A stretch of 61,722 nucleotides of DNA from a bacterium (GTDB taxonomy: Bacteria > Cyanobacteriota > Vampirovibrionia > Gastranaerophilales > JBAXKC01): the NCBI GenBank assembly GCA_037137535.1, contig JBAXKC010000014.1:1-61722 (forward strand). The letters are read 5' to 3'. A program made the position numbers and the translations under genes. A model generated the notes under the pieces. The model searched no databases, was not told where the DNA came from, and saw nothing but the letters and a program-made list of their open reading frames with translations. Of the stretch, positions 40,053 through 49,441 are shown in pieces (the first letter of the stretch is position 1; each line of letters starts with the position of its first letter).

Positions 40053-41984
40053 TTAAATTACTGCTAAAACAGGCTCACAAGGTAAGGTAAAGGTAAAGCA
40101 ACTTCCATTGCCTTCAATGCTTTTTACTGTTATATTTCCGCCATGACGTTCGATAATTTTTTTGGAAAGATAAAGCCCAAGACCTGTTCCCACCTGTTTG
40201 AATTTTTTTGCATCACTTTTATATTTTTGAAATAGTTCTCCCTGCTGATTTTGAGGAATACCTTTCCCGTTATCAATAAAAGAAACTGCTAATTGATTAT
40301 CTTGCATATGTGTTTTTATAATTATCTTACCTTGCTCAGGTGTATAATTTACTGCATTTGAAAGAAGATTTTGTATTACTCTTCTTATTTCAATAAGATC
40401 AGCTTTTATTGAAATTTTATCAGTTGTTTGAAAATCAAAGATTAATGATTGATCTTTATCGTCAGCTATATATTTTATTTCTTTATAGCAGTCGTCTATA
40501 AGTTCAATAATATCAACGGTTTCTTTATATAGTGTATTACAGCCGTTTTCATAACGATAAGTAGACAGAAGATTATCTACCATTTTAAACATATATCTTC
40601 CTGAATGAAGTATATCTTGAATCATTTCTGTCTGATCCTGATTAAGCTCTCCGAAAGAACCTTTCAATAAAAGCTCCATTGCTCTTATTTCAGCTCTTAT
40701 AGGGGTTTTTAAATCATGAGTGAGTGTTGCGACAAAGGTTTCTTTTTGTTTTTCAATTTCTTTTTGAGTGGTTATATCTCTTAAAATTAAAATATAGCCT
40801 TCTGCTTGTTCTTCTTCATAATTTATTGGCGAACAATTTATTTCAATAGTTTTCTGATTATCTGAAGGACCTATAAATATTTCATTTAAATTTTCAAGGC
40901 AATCTTTATTGTCAATTTTTAGATTTATCGGAGTTTTTACAAGACTAAAAAGATTTTTACCAAGTAATTTAGAAGTAGTATTTTCCATCCATTCACAAAA
41001 TGTTTTATTGCAAGATACAATTTCAAAGGCAGAATTTACGATTACTATTCCGTCAGCTGAAAATCTGTAAATCAAGTCTAATTTTGTTTTTTTAGTTTTA
41101 AGTTCATCTTGAAGATCTTTGATTCTTAAAATACCAAGAACTCTTGCCTTTAATTCCTCGACATTATAAGGTTTTGTTATATAGCCATAAGAGCCAAGGT
41201 CTAAACCTTCGACTATGTCTTTAATATCATTAAGTGCAGTTATAAAGATTACAGGGATTTCAGAGGTTTTTGTATTATTTTTTAATAGTTTGATTACTTC
41301 GAATCCATTTAATTCAGGCATCATTATGTCTAATAAAATAAGATCGAATTTTTCTTCTTCTAAAAGTTCAAGTGCTTTTTGTCCTTTATTTGCAATTATT
41401 GCAGACTGACCAATTTGCTCCAGAATTTCTTTTAAAAGTTCAGCATTCATTATATTGTCTTCTACAATTAATATTTTATGCCATTTATATTTAGGTTTTT
41501 CGGCCATATTATTATTTGCAGGAAATAAATTATGACTTTTATTTATTGTGTTAATTTCAGAGCTTTCTTCTTTTATTTTCTTTTCGTAAGAAGATTCCTC
41601 AAGAACAGAATGATTTCCTTTTGAATTGAGGTGTTTTTCTACTATCTGTGCAAATGTATAAATGTTTATAGGTTTTGCAATAAATCCCATACAGCCTGCA
41701 CCATAGGCTTTTTCTCTATCTGTAGCCATGGCGGAAGCGGTGAATGCTACAATTTTGATATTTTGAGTTAGCGGATCGCTTTTTAATAACTTGGTTGCAC
41801 TTAATCCGTCTAGTCCGGATAAGCCTAAGTCCATTAAAATAAGTTCTGGTGTTTTTGTTTTCGCTATTTTAATGCCATCATTCGCATTTTCAGCGGTTAA
41901 AACTTCGTGTCCTGCCTTAATTAAAAGTTCAGAAGCCATTTCGACATTCATAAGATTGTCTTCAATAATTAATATTTTTGCCAT
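40053..41984 (-). CDS. Cytoplasmic hybrid histidine kinase (REC-REC-PAS-HisKA-HATPase)
   Basis: Two receivers (ILMDL, ILLDIMMP), PAS, THDLKTP, NLLSNA, DNGKGI, GTGLGL. Confidence 0.93.
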   Translation of the reverse strand: MAKILIIEDNLMNVEMASELLIKAGHEVLTAENANDGIKIAKTKTPELILMDLGLSGLDGLSATKLLKSDPLTQNIKIVAFTASAMATDREKAYGAGCMGFIAKPINIYTFAQIVEKHLNSKGNHSVLEESSYEKKIKEESSEINTINKSHNLFPANNNMAEKPKYKWHKILIVEDNIMNAELLKEILEQIGQSAIIANKGQKALELLEEEKFDLILLDIMMPELNGFEVIKLLKNNTKTSEIPVIFITALNDIKDIVEGLDLGSYGYITKPYNVEELKARVLGILRIKDLQDELKTKKTKLDLIYRFSADGIVIVNSAFEIVSCNKTFCEWMENTTSKLLGKNLFSLVKTPINLKIDNKDCLENLNEIFIGPSDNQKTIEINCSPINYEEEQAEGYILILRDITTQKEIEKQKETFVATLTHDLKTPIRAEIRAMELLLKGSFGELNQDQTEMIQDILHSGRYMFKMVDNLLSTYRYENGCNTLYKETVDIIELIDDCYKEIKYIADDKDQSLIFDFQTTDKISIKADLIEIRRVIQNLLSNAVNYTPEQGKIIIKTHMQDNQLAVSFIDNGKGIPQNQQGELFQKYKSDAKKFKQVGTGLGLYLSKKIIERHGGNITVKSIEGNGSCFTFTLPCEPVLAVI

Positions 41985-42289
41985 TTTGTTCTCTCTGGTT
42001 TTTGTCGTCGGTAATACAGAATATTTTTATTAATATATTATTTTTTATTCGCAGATAAATTGTAGGACAAGTTTAACAAAAAAATAGAAAGGATAATATT
42101 ACCCTTTCTACTTTTATTATTAATTTATTATGATTTTTTTTCTATAAAAGGTGTGATCTTAAGAATTCCTTTAAGTAAAAGGCTTAATGTAATCATACAT
42201 ACAGCCGCTTCAAATATAATACCCATACCTAACTTAGTGTAACCTCTCTTCCTTAGTCTATATGTTTGTATTAAAGACTCTGAATCTTC

Positions 42290-43345
42290 TTAATTGCTAC
42301 CGATTAATGCAGTGTCTTTTGAATTTGCCACTCTGAATGATACAACAGAGTCGTTAAATTGTATAGATTTATTGGGGTATTTAATTAAGCTTTCTGCCGA
42401 TTTTAGAATGGCTGCAGCTGTGTCACTAATTAGTTTTAAGCCTGTTTCTCTAATGTTAAGATTTAATGAGTTTTGTATAATTGTATCAGGATAATACTCT
42501 AATCCGCTTAAAATTAACGGGTTCATTTCAATGCGACCGCTTAAATGCATGATTTTTATTTCAGAATTTTTTTCTTTAATTTCCGATATATTTAAAAAAC
42601 CGTTATTGCCGATAATTGAAGCAGAATTTGTCGGGTATTCGCAAATAATCAACGCTTCTGCATCTGAAATATGTCTGAGGGCATAATCTTTGTCTTCGGG
42701 TCTTGTTGTGCTTGCTGAAAAAACATTTGCTCCTACTGATTTTAGTATGCTTAAAATATTTTCCGTTAATTCTCCACCGCCAAGTAATAGTATTTTTGAC
42801 TTAAACAAGTTTATTTCATTTTCATAGCATCGTTTCAGAATGAGATGTGAAAGATGTTTGAACAGTCCTAATTCTTTGCAGTTTGGGTTTAATAATAGTA
42901 TTTTTATATTTTTTTCGGTGCAGCTTTCAACGTCTATTCCGGATACTGCTGAAAAATCAAAATTTTGTGAAAAATAAGAGATAACGCAATCTTGTTTTAT
43001 GAAGTTGATGATTTTTTTATCGAAATAAGAGGTATCATCTCCTTTAACAATAATATCAAGTTTAGGAAGCATTTGTTGGTTAATATCATTTATGAAATTT
43101 ACTTCTGTCTCCCAGTCATATTGTTGTTGATACATTGCTGTTCTGTTTATTGTATCTAAATCATCTGTTATTGCAAAAACCTCTTTTGCTCCTGCTAATG
43201 AAGCCATAATAGGAAAAACAGAAGAATATTTAGATAAAATCGGCACAAATACGTTTAAATCTGTTAAATCCAGTTCAAATGTTTTTATTGAATTTTTTAT
43301 ATACCTGATAAATTTGTCATCCATTTTAATTTTATTCCAACACAT
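42290..43345 (-). CDS. Hypothetical protein with Rossmann-like segments
   Basis: ASLAGAKEVFA and KILLLGGG segments; no clear family. Confidence 0.55.
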   Translation of the reverse strand: MCWNKIKMDDKFIRYIKNSIKTFELDLTDLNVFVPILSKYSSVFPIMASLAGAKEVFAITDDLDTINRTAMYQQQYDWETEVNFINDINQQMLPKLDIIVKGDDTSYFDKKIINFIKQDCVISYFSQNFDFSAVSGIDVESCTEKNIKILLLNPNCKELGLFKHLSHLILKRCYENEINLFKSKILLLGGGELTENILSILKSVGANVFSASTTRPEDKDYALRHISDAEALIICEYPTNSASIIGNNGFLNISEIKEKNSEIKIMHLSGRIEMNPLILSGLEYYPDTIIQNSLNLNIRETGLKLISDTAAAILKSAESLIKYPNKSIQFNDSVVSFRVANSKDTALIGSN

Positions 43346-43549
43346 ACTACCCCAACTTGATTTTATATGATTTTACTTGATTTGGGAAATTTGTAAATAA
43401 ATTTTAGTATTTTTTGGGATATTATCATTTTAAATTTTAAAAGAAAAAATATTTACCACTAAAGAAGTATTTTTAATACCTTTTTATAGGGATAGAGAAG
43501 AACAATATAAGAGTTTATATTTAAAGAATAAGATTTGGGGAGAGGGTTT

Positions 43550-44251
43550 ATGAAAAAAACGTTTTTAAAACTATTTATTAGTTTAAGTTTTATTTTATTT
43601 ATGTCATTTCCGATAGGCATAAATACAGGACTTGCAGAAAATTATCAGACTGATGAGCAGGTTAATATGAAGGTTTATGAAAATGTAGTACCTTCGGTAG
43701 TTTCTATTGATGCGGATCTTTCTGATGGTATTTCCAGCGGAACAGGTGTTGTTATCGACCCTAAAGGTCTTATTTTAACGAGTAGCCATGTAATAGAAGG
43801 TTCTGATGAAATCAAAGTAATGGTAAATGGAGGAAAAGAATATAACGGCAAAGTTTTATCAGTTGTAGATGCAGGTGATGACCTTGCCTTAATCCGTATT
43901 AATCCTGATAAACCTTTAACTGTTGCAAGACTCGGTGATTCATCAAAGGTAAAAGTTGGGCAAAAAGTACTGGCTATTGGTAATCCCTTTGGTTTTAACG
44001 GAACATTGACAACGGGGATAATCAGTAGAATTGATAACGAAAGAAATAAACTTCAGACTGATGCTGCGATTAATCCAGGGTGTTCAGGCGGGCCTATTCT
44101 TAATACGAGCGGTGAAGTCATAGGAATAAGTCAATCTATATATAATCCCGACAATAATCGATCAAATATCGGTATAGGTTTTGCCGTACCTGTAAATTCG
44201 GCAAAACAATTTATAAAAGCTGCAAAAACTCAGCAAATCATGAGTAAATAA
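43550..44251 (+). CDS. Secreted HtrA-like trypsin serine protease without PDZ domain
   Basis: Signal peptide (start MKKTF); triad TSSHV, DDLALI, QTDAAINPGCSGGP. Confidence 0.88.
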   Translation: MKKTFLKLFISLSFILFMSFPIGINTGLAENYQTDEQVNMKVYENVVPSVVSIDADLSDGISSGTGVVIDPKGLILTSSHVIEGSDEIKVMVNGGKEYNGKVLSVVDAGDDLALIRINPDKPLTVARLGDSSKVKVGQKVLAIGNPFGFNGTLTTGIISRIDNERNKLQTDAAINPGCSGGPILNTSGEVIGISQSIYNPDNNRSNIGIGFAVPVNSAKQFIKAAKTQQIMSK

Positions 44252-44276
44252 TTTGAATATTTATTGTTATCAAATA

Positions 44277-44307
44277 AAAAACAGGAGACATTAAAGCTCC
44301 TGTTTTT
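44277..44307. terminator. Bidirectional intrinsic terminator
   Basis: aaaaacaggag...ctcctgttttt between the protease gene and ftsZ. Confidence 0.7.
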
Positions 44308-44328
44308 AAATTATTTTATTTACCTGTT

Positions 44329-45471
44329 TTATTTTAAAAAGTCAGGTATATCAAGCATTTTTGTTGCCGCTTGTTGTGTTTGCGGTGAAGGTCTGTTTAA
44401 AATACTTGAAGCAGCGTTGCCTTGCATGCTAAATGGCACATTAGCAGGTCTTTCGGTTGCTCTTTCAGCCATTTGTTCTTTAAGGTCAAAACCTGTTGCT
44501 ATAACTGTAATTTGGATTTCTCCCTGAATTCTGTCATCTACAACAGAACCGAAAATTACGACAGCATCATCTAATACTGAACTGTGAATGATTTCAGCAG
44601 CTTCATATACTTCATGAAGAGTCATATCAGGACCGCCGGTAACGTTAAAGATTACACCGCTTGCGCCATGTATTGAGGTTTCAAGAAGAGGTGAATTAAC
44701 CGCTATTTTAGCAGCTTCTACAGCTCTACCTTCGCCTGAAGCTCTTCCTATACCCATAAGAGCAGAGCCTGACATTGACATAACAGCTTTAACATCAGCA
44801 AAGTCGACGTTAATAAGTCCAGGTATTGTAATAATATCAGATATACCTTGAACACCTCTTAAAAGAACTTCATCAACAACATAGAACGCATCTCTTATTG
44901 TTGTTCTTCTTTCAACTACTTCAAGTAACTTGTCGTTAGGAATAACGATAAGTGTGTCAACATTTTCTTTGAATTTTTCAAGCCCTTGTAAAGCCTGATT
45001 CATTCTTCTTCTTCCTTCAAAACCAAAAGGTTTTGTAACTACGCCAACTGTAAGAGCGCCAAGTTCTTTAGCGATTTGAGCAACAACAGGAGCAGCCCCT
45101 GTTCCTGTTCCGCCACCCATACCGGCAGTAATAAATACCATATCAGCTCCGTCAAGAGCTACCATGATATCGTCTCTGCTTTCTTCAGCAGCTTTTTCAC
45201 CTTTTGAAGGATCTCCGCCTGCGCCAAGACCATTTGTAAGTTTTGTTCCAAGTCTAATTCTGTTAGCAGCAGCTGACATTTGTAAAACTTGAGCGTCTGT
45301 ATTCATTACCCAAAAATCAACACCGCTAAGACCAGCAGCTATCATTCGGTTTACAGCGTTTCCGCCTCCACCGCCACAACCTACAACTTTTATATTTGCA
45401 TGGTTATGAAGTTCATTAGGGTTTTCTCTGCTGAGCTTGTCGAAGTTTGATGGTAAAAAGTTATTATTCAC
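44329..45471 (-). CDS. ftsZ: Cell division protein FtsZ
   Basis: [26 protein letters not shown]-terminal LDIPDFL. Confidence 0.99.
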   Translation of the reverse strand: MNNNFLPSNFDKLSRENPNELHNHANIKVVGCGGGGGNAVNRMIAAGLSGVDFWVMNTDAQVLQMSAAANRIRLGTKLTNGLGAGGDPSKGEKAAEESRDDIMVALDGADMVFITAGMGGGTGTGAAPVVAQIAKELGALTVGVVTKPFGFEGRRRMNQALQGLEKFKENVDTLIVIPNDKLLEVVERRTTIRDAFYVVDEVLLRGVQGISDIITIPGLINVDFADVKAVMSMSGSALMGIGRASGEGRAVEAAKIAVNSPLLETSIHGASGVIFNVTGGPDMTLHEVYEAAEIIHSSVLDDAVVIFGSVVDDRIQGEIQITVIATGFDLKEQMAERATERPANVPFSMQGNAASSILNRPSPQTQQAATKMLDIPDFLK

Positions 45472-45505
45472 TTAATCATGACTCCATTTTTTATTCTAAC
45501 TAACA

Positions 45506-45847
45506 CTAAGATTTATTATTATGAGAAAAAAGTTGATGATTTAATCCGGACAAGTTATAGAAGATTCTAGCTATAAATATTATTGCGATAGCAGTAAAAA
45601 GATCAGTGTTCATTATATAACCGAGACTAATTAATACCATGGCTATAATTGTATTTAAAACAAATTCTACAATAAATAGATTAGCATTAAAACTATTATT
45701 TAATCTAGACCTAAATCCTATAAATATTGAATCAATTGCAGAAATTGCAATTATTGCAGAAAATTTAGGATCGGCAATCATAAGGTTAAACGGTAAAAAT
45801 ATGCCTAATGTAAGCCCTATGATAAGTCCGGCAATTGGAATCCACAT
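45506..45847 (-). CDS. Small basic protein family (DUF1290/Sbp)
   Basis: MWIPIAGLIIG, AIDSIF.G.RS, RIFYNL; lies between DUF881 and ftsZ. Confidence 0.8.
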   Translation of the reverse strand: MWIPIAGLIIGLTLGIFLPFNLMIADPKFSAIIAISAIDSIFIGFRSRLNNSFNANLFIVEFVLNTIIAMVLISLGYIMNTDLFTAIAIIFIARIFYNLSGLNHQLFSHNNKS

Positions 45848-45850
45848 GAT

Positions 45851-46636
45851 TTATACTCCTCCCGATACAATTATCGATTTGTCAGCCGGTATTTGCAGAT
45901 TATCATATTTTTCTACAAAAGACTTTATTCCGTCAATTTTCAAAGAACGAAGATAACCTATTTCCATACCTTGAGTAAGAGTATCGCTTTTTCCTATGGC
46001 TCTTATTTCAAAGGGTTGCGCTGCTCTCGTTTTGTTAATAAGTATTGTAGGGCCTATGCATTTGATTTCTGTTGTGGCTGTAATGCGGTGTCCGTTTATT
46101 GAAATAGCTTTAGCATTCATAGACCATAAGTCATTAACAATTTTTATAAGGTCAAAATCATGAATAATGCCTTCATTCGGGTTTTCATCATTCCTAAGAG
46201 TACTGTTATTATCTGATAACCTTATTATAATGCCTTTGCCGTTTATATCTTCCGTTCCTGTAAGTTTTGAAATTTTCTTTAATACACCTAGTTGTCGGTT
46301 TTCTAAAGTTTGAGTCATTTGGTGATTTAAAATAAATATTTCTGATTGAAGTTTTATATTTTTACTTTCAATCTGTTTTAATATTTGTTGAGTATGATTT
46401 AACTTTAAAGAAATTGGATCTTTTGCATAGCCTGCATCACTTTTATTAATTAAGCCGATTGCACTTATAGTTCCTAATATTAAAAAAGACAAAAATACTG
46501 ATAATTTCCCCGATTTTAACGAATTTGCTTCAGTCGTTTCGGTAAAAAAATAGTGCTTAAAAATTAAGTTCCAGTTCTCAAGCATGTGAGGATATTTTCC
46601 GAATGTTAAAGTAATGATTATATTTAAGCATAGCAT
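45851..46636 (-). CDS. DUF881 (YlxW-like) protein
   Basis: GKGIII.LSD, IIHDFDL..IVNDL, AISINGHRI, CIGPTILIN; start uncertain. Confidence 0.85.
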   Translation of the reverse strand: MLCLNIIITLTFGKYPHMLENWNLIFKHYFFTETTEANSLKSGKLSVFLSFLILGTISAIGLINKSDAGYAKDPISLKLNHTQQILKQIESKNIKLQSEIFILNHQMTQTLENRQLGVLKKISKLTGTEDINGKGIIIRLSDNNSTLRNDENPNEGIIHDFDLIKIVNDLWSMNAKAISINGHRITATTEIKCIGPTILINKTRAAQPFEIRAIGKSDTLTQGMEIGYLRSLKIDGIKSFVEKYDNLQIPADKSIIVSGGV

Positions 46637-46802
46637 ATAAGAAAAATTTTTTATACATTAAATTATTAATTTTATAGCAATTAAGTGCTTATTTTAAAAC
46701 AATATATAATTTAAAATGATTTCAATTTATAGCACTTTTAGCTATGATATTGTTTTTATTTTAATATGTACTGATATATAAATATCTTTCTATTGAGGTG
46801 TT

Positions 46803-47675
46803 ATGGAAGGCAAAATCGAAGATTTAATGAATATGTGCTTCTATACTAATGAGATAGATGAAATAACAAGTATGCCTAATGACACAAAGGCTAAAATTCC
46901 AGTCGATTGGAATTTGATGGAAATAGAAAATGATAAAAAATCAGGTTTTGTTGGGGCTGTGTATAAAAAAAATGATAGTGTTGCCATTGTAATAAAAGGC
47001 TCTGATTTTGTTCATTTGATATCAGGAATTAAGGATTATGTCGGTACAAATTTGGCTTTTGTTTTGGGAAAACAACCTATTCAATATGAACCCGCAAAAA
47101 ATTTTTATAATTCAATTAAGCAAAAATATGGTAAAGACAATAAAATTATGCTGGTTGGTTCTTCATTAGGAGGAGGACTTGCTCAATATTTAGGTGCTAT
47201 GGACGTATGTAAGGATAAAATTATTACATTTAGCCCTGTGGGTACAGGCAGATCAGTTAAAAAGGATTTGAATAATAATGTTAATAAGGATTTTTCTAAT
47301 ATTTATAATTTTGTTGTAGATAAGGATTTTGTTGCTAATTTTGTGCCTCAAAATGGTAATGTTCATTATATAATCGGCCCAGAACATCCTAATGAATCAA
47401 CTTGGCATAGAAAACTAAGATCCATGGTAGATTGGTCAGAATATCATCGTGTTAGCATGATTAAGGATTACACTCCAAAAGAAGTATTAAACTCATCAGT
47501 TGATAATATAGACAAAGTTTTTGATAAAAAAACACCGTCTAAACTGGATATTTTTGATTTGCCTAAGAATGCTCCGTTTAAAGTGTTTCAATTACCGACT
47601 AATCCTGTTAAGACTATAAATAAACCGCAAGTTTATAATAATATGTCTAATAACCCTATTCGATTGAATCATTAA
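46803..47675 (+). CDS. Lipase class 3-like alpha/beta hydrolase
   Basis: SGFVGAVY, IKGSD, nucleophile GSSLGGGLA, DFV, late His. Confidence 0.8.
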   Translation: MEGKIEDLMNMCFYTNEIDEITSMPNDTKAKIPVDWNLMEIENDKKSGFVGAVYKKNDSVAIVIKGSDFVHLISGIKDYVGTNLAFVLGKQPIQYEPAKNFYNSIKQKYGKDNKIMLVGSSLGGGLAQYLGAMDVCKDKIITFSPVGTGRSVKKDLNNNVNKDFSNIYNFVVDKDFVANFVPQNGNVHYIIGPEHPNESTWHRKLRSMVDWSEYHRVSMIKDYTPKEVLNSSVDNIDKVFDKKTPSKLDIFDLPKNAPFKVFQLPTNPVKTINKPQVYNNMSNNPIRLNH

Positions 47676-47833
47676 TTTATAGGTAAATAGTTTTTATAAC
47701 GTAGGGCGCTTTAACTATTTATGTTGTGGGCTTTTTAATATATGCTAAAAATCTTATGGAATTTTATGAATTTTTAAGGTATTTTAAGAAAAAGTGTAGA
47801 ATATTATTAAAGTTAGTGTAAAAAGAGAATAAT

Positions 47834-48400
47834 ATGAGTTTAGAAACAGATAAAAAATCAAGTTTTTCTCAAGAAGTTGAAAAATTATTTAAAACAAATC
47901 CACTTGAAAAAAATGTTAATGAAAAATTATTTTCAGAAGTTAAAAAGTTTCAGCAAAAAATTGTCGGCTTTAATAATAAGCAAAAAGCAACTTCTCAATT
48001 AGTCGAATTTGTTTATTCGATGCCAGAGCAGGATTTATATTCTTTATTTTCTTATAATGATGAATTAATAAGAAGTATTGCTGTCAGGGCTTATGTGGAT
48101 AAAAATCCTCTTGATTTGATGATTGCTTTGAAAAAGTTATTAAAAAGTAAGGTTGAATTTGTTAGACATTCTGCTGTTATGGGACTTTCTTATATGAATG
48201 AAGAAGAATGTCTTGATTCTTTGGTAGAAGCGTCAAATGATGCTATTCAATCAGTAAAATTGGCTGCTTTATCAGGTATCGTTGATATTGCGAATGAATA
48301 TAATTCTATTATCGCCAAAAATACTCTTAATACCTTTTTAAATGATAAAGATAAAGTAATAAGAGAGTTTGTTAAAGATGAACTCAGCATTATGTTTTAG
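47834..48400 (+). CDS. HEAT-repeat protein
   Basis: Repeated D...[IV]R..A...L units. Confidence 0.7.
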   Translation: MSLETDKKSSFSQEVEKLFKTNPLEKNVNEKLFSEVKKFQQKIVGFNNKQKATSQLVEFVYSMPEQDLYSLFSYNDELIRSIAVRAYVDKNPLDLMIALKKLLKSKVEFVRHSAVMGLSYMNEEECLDSLVEASNDAIQSVKLAALSGIVDIANEYNSIIAKNTLNTFLNDKDKVIREFVKDELSIMF

Positions 48401-48406
48401 TGAAAA

Positions 48407-49357
48407 TTATTCAAGATTAGTAAAAGGCATAAACTGCTCTCCTTTTTGGGGGGCAGCTCTTTTTATAAATTCTTTTATTTCACATGTGAAAAACATTCCC
48501 GCTTGAATAACCGTAGGGAAAATAAGTCCATTCCCCGTTGATATTGCAAGTTGGTCATTTGATATATTTATTATCGTCCCCGGAGGGTTATTATTGTATT
48601 TTTTTTCGGTTGAATATTCACAGTTCCATATTTTAACAGGACAGTTTCTGTAATGAGTCATTGCACCGAAAAATGGATTGCAGGCTCTGATAAATCTTTC
48701 TATTTCGATAGATTCTTTTGACCAATCAATTAAAACATCTTTGCTGTTTGGAACAACACCTTTTGCTTTAGGATATATGCTTGATTTGTCTTGCTTTATT
48801 CTTTTAATTGGAGTGCCTGATTCAATCTCATTTATAGTTTTAACAAGAAGTTCCGCTGTTTTAAAATTTAATCTCGAAAACAAAGTGCCAAAAGTTTCAT
48901 TTTGGTCAATGTCAGTTTCCCATTGCGTTACAATATCGCCTGTATCAAAGGTTTCATCCATAAAATGCAAGGTGATGCCTGTTTTGCTTTCGCCGTCGGC
49001 AATTACATGGAAATACGGGTTTCCTCCTCTATATTTTGGCAAAAGAGAAGGATGGCAGTTTAAAAAGCCTAATCTTGTAGTTTCCAGAAGTTCTTTCGGT
49101 AAGAGATTATCAAAAGCTGCTACAACAGCTATATCTGCTTGTACTTGTTTTATCTTTTCTATGAATTCAGGCTCATTCGGCGAATTTTCAAAAGGGATCA
49201 ATTTCAAATTATAATTATTTGCTATGTTACATAATGTTTCATAACCGGGATGTGATGTTTTAGGCGGCACAACTGCTACTATGTTTTTATTTGCAAGCAT
49301 TAAGCTGTTTAAACATATTGCACCAAGGTCAGGAATTCCAAAAAATATTATTTTCAT
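48407..49357 (-). CDS. Methionyl-tRNA formyltransferase-like protein
   Basis: NCHPSLLPKYRG, GITLHFMD..FDTGDI, IDW, IRACNP; some canonical Fmt motifs altered. Confidence 0.8.
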   Translation of the reverse strand: MKIIFFGIPDLGAICLNSLMLANKNIVAVVPPKTSHPGYETLCNIANNYNLKLIPFENSPNEPEFIEKIKQVQADIAVVAAFDNLLPKELLETTRLGFLNCHPSLLPKYRGGNPYFHVIADGESKTGITLHFMDETFDTGDIVTQWETDIDQNETFGTLFSRLNFKTAELLVKTINEIESGTPIKRIKQDKSSIYPKAKGVVPNSKDVLIDWSKESIEIERFIRACNPFFGAMTHYRNCPVKIWNCEYSTEKKYNNNPPGTIINISNDQLAISTGNGLIFPTVIQAGMFFTCEIKEFIKRAAPQKGEQFMPFTNLE

Positions 49358-49441
49358 TCTTCATCTTTTTATTATAAAGTTAAGACAATTTATAAAGTGT
49401 TCGGGTTTAATATAATTAATTATAACCTGTAAGAGGGTAAA

